A stretch of 11,928 nucleotides of DNA. Origin: Verrucomicrobiota bacterium (GTDB lineage Bacteria; Verrucomicrobiota; Verrucomicrobiia; Chthoniobacterales; UBA6821). The notes beneath the pieces were generated by a model. That model was not told the DNA's origin. It ran no database searches and saw only the letters and a list, made by a program, of their open reading frames with translations. The stretch spans positions 1-11,928 of the forward strand of contig WBXG01000056.1 of NCBI GenBank assembly GCA_008932965.1, written 5' to 3'. Made by a program: the position numbers and the translations under genes. This document shows positions 1-5,972 of this stretch, piece by piece; position 1 is the stretch's first letter, and each line of letters starts with the position of its first letter.

Positions 1-120
1 GGATTGCGACGACGGCTGTATGTTTCATACTGCCCGAGGAGCAATTCGAGACTGACGCAGTATCCATCAGGTGTTCGCAAGCCGCAGCAGAATCAGTATG
101 AAATATTCGGATTAACTCCA
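1..120 (-). repeat. Partial copy (cut by window start) of a structured repeat element, inverted relative to the copy at 11758-11928
   Basis: The reverse complement of 1-120 aligns by eye with 11758-11870. Shared blocks are tccgaatatttcatactgat / tccagatatttcatactgat, gatggatactgcgtcag / gatggatgctgcgttag, and gggcagtatga-aacatacagcc / gggcagtatgtacacatacagcc. There is an internal hairpin at 14-34 (ggctgtatg ttt catactgcc). Confidence 0.7.
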
Positions 121-124
121 ATAT

Positions 125-445
125 TTAGCCTGCGACAGGATTGAGAGTCACCTCTCCTAGCAAAGAAAATCCGTAACTAAGGAGTTTAGCTTCAATTTTT
201 TTACTCGTGCACACAAAAAGAAGTCTCACGTTGGAGTCCAGTAATTGTTGCAGTGAAGAGAGGAGGGCTTGCCATATTTGACGAGAGATCTCTTTTTCAC
301 CAATAAAACAAAGAGAACATTGCTTCAGTAATTCCTTGTTCATAATAGCATCAATTTTTAAAAACCCGATGAGATCTTCTGATGCATCGCTATTAAGGGA
401 CCATGTAATTTTCAGTTCACGATCTAATTGCTGCAGTGTTAGCAT
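125..445 (-). CDS. Hypothetical 106-aa protein. The C-terminal half weakly resembles a GNAT acetyltransferase motif-B region (...VRLLFVCTSKKIEAKLLSYGFSLLGE)
   Basis: Only long ORF in this interval, divergent from the main array. It is too short for a full GNAT domain and lacks a glycine-rich motif A, so the product is not assigned. Confidence 0.45.
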   Translation of the reverse strand: MLTLQQLDRELKITWSLNSDASEDLIGFLKIDAIMNKELLKQCSLCFIGEKEISRQIWQALLSSLQQLLDSNVRLLFVCTSKKIEAKLLSYGFSLLGEVTLNPVAG

Positions 446-523
446 GGATATTTGTTAACATAGAGGACACCTCAAAGTGAACCATTTTAGAAAAAGAATT
501 TTCAATTTTACTTTTTTCAATGA

Positions 524-551
524 TAGACAAGAGATGTTTCGCCGATAGAAT
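524..551 (+). promoter_or_regulatory. Candidate sigma70-like promoter TAGACA-N16-TAGAAT for the 619-3819 operon
   Basis: tagaca at 524-529, a 16-nt spacer, then tagaat at 546-551, about 68 nt upstream of the ATG at 619 in a divergent intergenic region. Pattern match only. Confidence 0.25.
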
Positions 552-618
552 TTCGATTCCTCAATTAAAATTTATCACCTATGAATTGTGATTTCTTACT
601 TCATGCTATTTATTTGAA

Positions 619-1506
619 ATGAAAATTCTTCTCACGCTTGATATCCATGAGCCATACTCACCGGAGCGTGCTAAATCGGAAAATTTGTTGCGACTTATTT
701 GGGATCAATTGCAAGTGACCGGTATGGTGATAGAAACTTTTCTTTCATCCCCACCCTCACTCCAACTTAACACATGGCCGATGTACGCCTCTTCGATGGA
801 AAAATATTTCCATGGCACACCATCTCCCTTATCCAGCTATGACTTGATCATTGGCATTAATCTTCCCTCAGGAGCAGAAGCGCTTTTCAATTCTTTAAAA
901 ATAAAGACCCTGATTCTTCGATCCATTCCATGCGCTCCCATGGCACGTGCTGTTTTGTGCCGTGCTAACTTTCCCATTGATGAAGAATTTTTGATCTCAT
1001 TACCTAACTATAAAATGTTGTATCTTCAAAATTTTGGGCACAAATGCCACTCTTCTCAAGACCGAATATGGTGGTTACCCAATCATTTTCTAGTCAACCA
1101 AGGAAAAAAAGATGCAACCATTTTATTTCTTGGAACAAGCATGTTTCAAGCGGAGAGGATGCGCAGCGGATCGATTATTAATCTATCCACGTATCATGAT
1201 GCGATCATGGAACTTTTAAAAGCGTGCCCCCATTTTTATTATTGCTCTCCTCTACCTATGGATCACTCCGAGCTTCGCTTCATGAAGAACTTGGGGGCGA
1301 CGTGCCCTACTTTTTCTATTGCTGAATTATTCGCGCGAGATGAATTTGATTTTTTCGTTTCACTCGATTCTGCCTATGTTCCAGTAGCAAAAGCTTTTGG
1401 TAGAAGAATCACAATCCTTGGAACTCAACCCACCTGGTCAACAATCCAAGTAAGGAAATTTTGTAGTAATGAATTCATTTCTCATATTCTTCAAACAAAT
1501 TTCTAA
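619..1506 (+). CDS. Hypothetical 295-aa protein, first gene of a 3-gene putative modification operon. Possibly a two-lobed Rossmann-like (GT-B-like) enzyme, not assignable
   Basis: Long ORF whose stop lies 5 nt before the next start. The N-terminal MKILLTLD and the later ATILFLGTS...YHDAIMELLKACP segments look like beta-alpha nucleotide-binding starts. No motif I can name with confidence. Confidence 0.65.
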   Translation: MKILLTLDIHEPYSPERAKSENLLRLIWDQLQVTGMVIETFLSSPPSLQLNTWPMYASSMEKYFHGTPSPLSSYDLIIGINLPSGAEALFNSLKIKTLILRSIPCAPMARAVLCRANFPIDEEFLISLPNYKMLYLQNFGHKCHSSQDRIWWLPNHFLVNQGKKDATILFLGTSMFQAERMRSGSIINLSTYHDAIMELLKACPHFYYCSPLPMDHSELRFMKNLGATCPTFSIAELFARDEFDFFVSLDSAYVPVAKAFGRRITILGTQPTWSTIQVRKFCSNEFISHILQTNF

Positions 1507-1511
1507 CTTCC

Positions 1512-3173
1512 ATGAGCAAGAACACAGATCCATTGAATATTACAAATCTTCGGAGTGATTGGAGGAAACTCAGAGAGACTGCTGCTGAGCAACTTATTCA
1601 AACACGAGCACTCCTTCGCAAGCTTGATTCCACTCCTGGAACTAGCTCCTCTGCAAAAAAAGAAATCGAATCACTAGCCAATCAGCTCACAGGAATTTGC
1701 AACCAAATTGATGCTCAGTTTTTGGTGGTACAAAACGCCATGCAAGAAAGTGATAAAGAGACCTTCGAACATCAAGTAGAAATTCTTATTCAGAAATTTC
1801 AAGGTTGGTACACATTCCTTAATATTGGCTCTATTGAGAGAAAAGACTTTATTTCTCTGTGGCTTCAGGCTTGGGGAGTTTCTCAAGAAAACAAAAACCC
1901 AGAGATGGCAAATTATCTTGGTTTGTCCCCAAAAAATTTTGCTGCCTGTCAAGCATGGGAAAAGGCTTTACTTTTTCCAAGAAGAGCAAGCTCTATATTA
2001 GAGGTCGGGTCTGGATTTGGGATTAATGCGATACGTCTTTCTTGCATGGCTCGTGTAGGAACCATCGAAAAAAAAGAGAAGGTGTTTCAATTCTCTAGAA
2101 ATATTGAGAAAATTTCTCCTATTTATGGCCGCACTCCCCCTATTTCTTTCAGTCATTGCGATTTTGAATTAAAAAGTGCATCAACGATACCAACTGATCT
2201 CTATGATGCCATTTGGTTTCATTCAAGTATTTGGAAACAGTGGATTGAACAAGATGGTCCAGGCTTAATTTCTGCTATCTCTGAACTAGCCAGAAGAGCT
2301 CATTTTTTGCTTTTTACTAGCAATGATGAAAAATTATTGAGAGAAGACCTCCTCTCTCCCCTCTACGAGATAGAGTCTATTGGATCAAACAATCAAGATG
2401 TTCAAAAAAAAATTTATTTTATCGCCCAACGGCGTTATGTGGATGTTGCTGGAAAGTTTTTTCCCTGCTCGGACATGCGTATTCATGATCCCACATGTCA
2501 AGGCTTTGAAACGCTTAACTATAAGGCAGCTTTTTTGCCATGGAATAAACCCTCTATTAAATTAAATACAAAACGCTATATTGTGGGTAAAAACCAAGTC
2601 CTACGTACTTTTTTAAAACGGACCCAGGATGCTAATCCTAGTTTTATTCATCACCGCGAAACCCAAATTTGGCCCTCTCTGTACGAATTAGCTCCTGAGT
2701 TTCCTAAAATAGTTGGACATTTTGAGGATGATATTGGATATCACCTCCTCCTAGAACTCAATGGCTCTTCGGCTCAGCTTCCCATGTTTCCTTTAAATAT
2801 GGACACGCAACATATTATTTTATGTTCTGCAATACGAATCCTCAGTGCCCTTCGAAAAAAAAATCTCCACCTCAATTTTTTACGACTAGGTAATTTTGCT
2901 CTATCGGGCAGTTTTGCAAGTCTTTTAGCAGGTGAATTCATTGGGTATGATGAAATTGAAGAGCCTCTAGATGCCCTTTTGTGGCTTCTTCGAGACCTGA
3001 GTGCTGATATTATTTATTGGCACGATTCACCAATTGAGTCTTTTCGATCTGAACTTGTCGACCAACTTGCTGAAGAGTACAAGATCATTGCTAATTTGGC
3101 ACTCCGTTCTAAAAATATTGATCAATTTTTAGCTGACCCGCTCGTTCAACATAGATTTTTAAACCCATTGTAA
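1512..3173 (+). CDS. 553-aa fusion protein with a class I SAM-dependent methyltransferase domain (central) and a C-terminal kinase-fold-like domain with degenerate catalytic motifs
   Basis: Methyltransferase motif I is ILEVGSGFGINAIRL (E-x-G-x-G-x-G), followed by an acidic beta-2 end (GTIEKKE) and DAIWFHSS. The C-terminal ~220 aa show a kinase-like layout: VLRTFLKR...HRETQIW...HLLLELNG...NLHLNFLRLGNFAL...AGEF. The catalytic Asp position is Asn and the spacing is off by one. Confidence 0.7.
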   Translation: MSKNTDPLNITNLRSDWRKLRETAAEQLIQTRALLRKLDSTPGTSSSAKKEIESLANQLTGICNQIDAQFLVVQNAMQESDKETFEHQVEILIQKFQGWYTFLNIGSIERKDFISLWLQAWGVSQENKNPEMANYLGLSPKNFAACQAWEKALLFPRRASSILEVGSGFGINAIRLSCMARVGTIEKKEKVFQFSRNIEKISPIYGRTPPISFSHCDFELKSASTIPTDLYDAIWFHSSIWKQWIEQDGPGLISAISELARRAHFLLFTSNDEKLLREDLLSPLYEIESIGSNNQDVQKKIYFIAQRRYVDVAGKFFPCSDMRIHDPTCQGFETLNYKAAFLPWNKPSIKLNTKRYIVGKNQVLRTFLKRTQDANPSFIHHRETQIWPSLYELAPEFPKIVGHFEDDIGYHLLLELNGSSAQLPMFPLNMDTQHIILCSAIRILSALRKKNLHLNFLRLGNFALSGSFASLLAGEFIGYDEIEEPLDALLWLLRDLSADIIYWHDSPIESFRSELVDQLAEEYKIIANLALRSKNIDQFLADPLVQHRFLNPL

Positions 3174-3207
3174 TGGCGCTCTATAAAAATCATTACGATC
3201 ACTAAAA

Positions 3208-3819
3208 ATGAAGACCGTTGTTTTAACTGCTTGGACCGAAAACATGCACAGCATTGTGGAGATCACCTCACCCACTAAAATTGAATATGCGCGTAAACAC
3301 GGTTATGAGTTCAGAGACCATATTTTTAATGAAAAAACCGATGAACATCCTGCCTGGGGAAAGCTTGCTCTTCTACTTGATGTATTGCCCGCAGTGGATC
3401 GTTTGCTTTGGATTGATGCCGATGCTTTCATCACTAACCCAGAAATTTCCCTAGAGAACATTCCACACATTGACGGTCTTACTGCTTCCAGAGATTGGGG
3501 TATTGATGCTTCCCTGCTCGATTTTTCCTCTGCAGGAATGATCTTAACTCCAAAAGCATTACCCCTCGTGGAGGCTGCATCCCGAAAAACACATTGGGCG
3601 AATTGCCCTCTCTGGGACCAAAATGGACTACGTGAAGCTGCTCGTGAGTTTAGGAATTTACTACATATTCTCCCTCGAAGAGCCCTTAATGCTGTTCCCC
3701 AGGAGCTTCATCCCTTCGCAGTAGAGCCGTGGCAGGAGGGAGATTTTCTTTGCCATCTTACTTGTAAAACCAACGAAGTAAGAAAAAAATTCCTCGACAA
3801 TTTTTTTTCACAACCATAA
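3208..3819 (+). CDS. Soluble 203-aa glycosyltransferase of the GMA12/MNN10 (CAZy GT34-like, nucleotide-diphospho-sugar transferase) type
   Basis: Family-typical string ...KIEYARKHGYEF...HPAWGKLALLLDVLPAVDRLLWIDADAFITNPEISLENI... This matches the N-x-x-YA-x-x-HGY, P-x-W-x-K and W-x-D-x-DA-x-I-x-N (DxD) layout of the GT34 family. No N-terminal membrane anchor. Confidence 0.75.
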   Translation: MKTVVLTAWTENMHSIVEITSPTKIEYARKHGYEFRDHIFNEKTDEHPAWGKLALLLDVLPAVDRLLWIDADAFITNPEISLENIPHIDGLTASRDWGIDASLLDFSSAGMILTPKALPLVEAASRKTHWANCPLWDQNGLREAAREFRNLLHILPRRALNAVPQELHPFAVEPWQEGDFLCHLTCKTNEVRKKFLDNFFSQP

Positions 3820-3912
3820 TTTAAGTGCACTTTAGATGTAGTCGTATTTTAAAACCAACTGTTACAAAACCAAACATCATGCTGATTCGAGGCTGATTTT
3901 ACCTTATTTATT

Positions 3913-4254
3913 ATGGCATCCTTACCTACCAATCCGGAATTCTACAACCCGGCTACCTCATGGAGTCTGATGACGAATAATTCTACGAACAATCCTCTTT
4001 ATACTGCAGGCCAGATTTCTCCAGTCGCAACCTATGGATTTAACCTTAATTTTATTGGAGCCGCTCTTTTCCCTCAAATTCAATCGACGTTCACTGGACT
4101 TCAAGCCTCGTTATTAAATATTGATGCCAGCAATCCTGCTGCTCTCTTACAAGTGCAGCTCCTCATGAGTGAGTATGAAAATGCGGTCCAATCTACCTCA
4201 GCCATGTATGCATCATGGGAAACGCTCTTAAAAGCGATTATTCAAAATATTTAA
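3913..4254 (+). CDS. sctF: T3SS needle filament subunit (SctF; YscF/PrgI/MxiH/CdsF family) with an unusually long N-terminal extension (113 aa)
   Basis: The C-terminus DASNPAALLQVQLLMSEYENAVQSTSAMYASWETLLKAIIQNI aligns by eye with PrgI/MxiH ...PS(D/N)P(A/Q)LLA(A/E)YQSKLSEY(N/T)LYRNAQSNTVKV(F/I)KD(I/V)DAAIIQNFR. No signal peptide. Followed by a TPR-like chaperone gene, as in yscF-yscG. Confidence 0.8.
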   Translation: MASLPTNPEFYNPATSWSLMTNNSTNNPLYTAGQISPVATYGFNLNFIGAALFPQIQSTFTGLQASLLNIDASNPAALLQVQLLMSEYENAVQSTSAMYASWETLLKAIIQNI

Positions 4255-4306
4255 GGTTTCATTAATCCAACAAAAACCATGAAAGAGACATTCTGAGGAT
4301 ATTTTT

Positions 4307-4750
4307 ATGAGCACTCACAATTCTCACAAAAAATCCGATAAAACAGATGAAAATCACGTGGATCAACCAGTAGGTTTGTTGACCAAAAGTGATCGACAGA
4401 TGTTCATGGAACTTGGCTTTACTGCTTCGTCCAACTTTCTCCCATGGGAAGGACATGCTCTCTTTAGTCAGCTCATGCTTGCTGAACCAGAGGAAGCATA
4501 TCCTCGCCTCGGTCTTGCCTATTGTAAAATCATGGGAGGACAATTTGAGGATGCTCACAACCTTTTAAAAAACAAGATAGTACTTTCCTCAAAACTCAAG
4601 GATTATGGAAATGCTTTACGCGGGTTGGCATTTCACTTAGAAAAAAAGCCTCAAGAGCTTGATGAACTTTTTAATAGTAATAAAAACTCTCTCCAGGAAA
4701 ATAGTACTGCCTACGGTTTCTTTCAAATATTATTAACGTCACTACCATGA
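4307..4750 (+). CDS. TPR-like needle-subunit chaperone candidate (YscG/PscG/CdsG position), 147 aa
   Basis: Lies immediately downstream of the needle gene. GAGGA Shine-Dalgarno at 4295-4299, 7 nt before the ATG. Helical-repeat-like segments (EEAYPRLGLAYCKIMGGQFEDAHNLLKN, YGNALRGLAFHLEKK). The assignment rests mainly on synteny. Confidence 0.55.
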   Translation: MSTHNSHKKSDKTDENHVDQPVGLLTKSDRQMFMELGFTASSNFLPWEGHALFSQLMLAEPEEAYPRLGLAYCKIMGGQFEDAHNLLKNKIVLSSKLKDYGNALRGLAFHLEKKPQELDELFNSNKNSLQENSTAYGFFQILLTSLP

Positions 4751-5055
4751 GCATTCCATCTTCAAACCATCCTAATTCTATCCGCCAAACTCCTACATCG
4801 ACGCAAGGGATCACCCCCTACTCTTCTGCATCTCACGTATCGAAGGCTCATCAAGAAGAGTTTGAAAAATCACTCGATGAGCCTTTAGAAACAGAAAAAA
4901 AGAGTGGGTGGAATGAAGCTAATCAAAAACAATTGTCTCTATCAATGTTCCAACTTGAACACGCTCATTCGATGAATCATACTCAGAAGATGAAAGAGAT
5001 TTATGATGGAATGAGTGATTCTGGTAAATCTAAATCGAATCATCGGCATAGTTAG
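4747..5055 (+). CDS. Hypothetical hydrophilic 102-aa protein in the yscH (YopR) position. Possible secreted early substrate or needle co-chaperone
   Basis: The start overlaps the upstream stop (ATGA at 4747-4750), which indicates translational coupling. The N-terminus is polar and S/T/P-rich, with no hydrophobic segments. Confidence 0.55.
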   Translation: MSIPSSNHPNSIRQTPTSTQGITPYSSASHVSKAHQEEFEKSLDEPLETEKKSGWNEANQKQLSLSMFQLEHAHSMNHTQKMKEIYDGMSDSGKSKSNHRHS

Positions 5056-5078
5056 GTTCCATTTCATCTCTAAAAACC

Positions 5079-5618
5079 ATGTCTGCTTTATCACTAGGAA
5101 CCTCTTTGCCTGCAGTCGATCCCCATGCTTCTGTGGCAAAGATGTCTAGCATTCATGATTCACCTGATATTGATTGCACAGATCATACAGCAGCTCAGAA
5201 TGTGAATGCCACTTCTGAAAATCAAAGACTTACTGATGACGTAGAGGCTTTTTACAGTGTGGGAAATAACAGATTAGGCATCGGTTCTCCACCAACGACT
5301 GTAAACATTCAACAAGAGCAAAGTCTTCATCATTCAGATACTTCTTATGCGTCTCACGAAAATCGGGGATCAGGTGCTATGCCTAGTGACGCCGGTGGCC
5401 TTCAATCAGAAAAAAATGAAGGTAACTACACTAATTTTTCTAACCTTTTTACGGAGTCTGGTAATTTTCTTCAAAAACAAGGGGGACCAAGCGATCCACT
5501 AGCCATGTTTAAACTCCAAGCACAAATGGTAGAAGTGACACTCAATTGGAGCCTGTATGGGCAAATGGCTTCGAAAGCAGTTTCTGGAATTCAAAGTTTG
5601 TTTAATAACCAAGTTTAA
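5079..5618 (+). CDS. T3SS inner-rod-like protein (SctI; YscI/PrgJ/MxiI family) candidate with a long disordered N-terminal region, 179 aa
   Basis: The C-terminal ~45 aa, SDPLAMFKLQAQMVEVTLNWSLYGQMASKAVSGIQSLFNNQV, resemble the PrgJ C-terminus DPKELAISQEMISDYNLYVSMVSTLTRKGVGAVETLLRS (DP..Q..M...L....K.V..I..L pattern). Gene order matches F-G-H-I. Confidence 0.5.
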   Translation: MSALSLGTSLPAVDPHASVAKMSSIHDSPDIDCTDHTAAQNVNATSENQRLTDDVEAFYSVGNNRLGIGSPPTTVNIQQEQSLHHSDTSYASHENRGSGAMPSDAGGLQSEKNEGNYTNFSNLFTESGNFLQKQGGPSDPLAMFKLQAQMVEVTLNWSLYGQMASKAVSGIQSLFNNQV

Positions 5619-5657
5619 TAATTAATTTCTAATCTTTTTTCATTGCCGTAGCGATTT

Positions 5658-5966
5658 ATGAAAGAAAAAATTAAATCCTTTATTCTTGAATCGAAGCGTA
5701 GTGCTAATCGTACTCAGGAACTTTTTGCCAGATCATTGTCAATTTGGGAGGAATTAGACGCTATCATAAAATCTACCCCTTATAGTATAGATAATTGGGT
5801 AGAAATCGCAAAAAAGACAGAGGGGGCTAAAGGAATTTTTTTTTCTGCCCACCTGGAAGTTATTAAATCTCATCACCAACTTGCTAAAAAAAGAAAAAAT
5901 TTAGAAAAGCCTCGTGCTTCTCACTTTAATACTATCCCCCCCTCTCGACTTATTAAAAAAGTATAA
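5658..5966 (+). CDS. Hypothetical small helical 102-aa protein with a basic tail, in the lcrG/pcrG-equivalent position. Possible chaperone or regulator of the downstream 397-aa protein
   Basis: ORF ends 6 nt before the next start. Size, predicted helicity and the K/R-rich C-terminus (LAKKRKNLEKPR...RLIKKV) resemble LcrG-type proteins only in general character. No alignable similarity seen. Confidence 0.5.
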   Translation: MKEKIKSFILESKRSANRTQELFARSLSIWEELDAIIKSTPYSIDNWVEIAKKTEGAKGIFFSAHLEVIKSHHQLAKKRKNLEKPRASHFNTIPPSRLIKKV

Positions 5967-5972
5967 TCCCTC

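Noticed and set aside
125-445. Calling the 106-aa minus-strand ORF a GNAT acetyltransferase or a T3SS chaperone
   Set aside because: Only a weak motif-B-like string (AKLLSYGFSLLGE) is present. The protein is too short and lacks the acetyl-CoA-binding glycine motif. It is kept as hypothetical.
1674-1952. Short nested or antisense ORFs from the track (1674-1952 -, 2380-2565 +, 3254-3454 +, 4262-4558 -, 4942-5139 -, 5914-6123 +, 6766-7065 +, 8305-8616 +, 8492-8731 -, 11243-11500 -)
   Set aside because: Each is embedded in a longer ORF that has family-level motifs or operon context. They have odd composition and no recognisable motifs. 8305-8616 and 8492-8731 simply reflect the 171-nt tandem repeat read in other frames.
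3875-3890. Short matches to the repeat-element core just upstream of start codons: catcatgctgattcga (3875-3890, before the needle gene), tacttcatgct (597-607, before ORF 619) and aatcagtat (7216-7224, before the LcrH-like gene)
   Set aside because: They are tempting as a shared regulatory motif. However, the matches are only 8-11 nt in an AT-rich 12-kb window and were found after allowing variants and both orientations. Chance occurrence cannot be excluded without genome-wide statistics.
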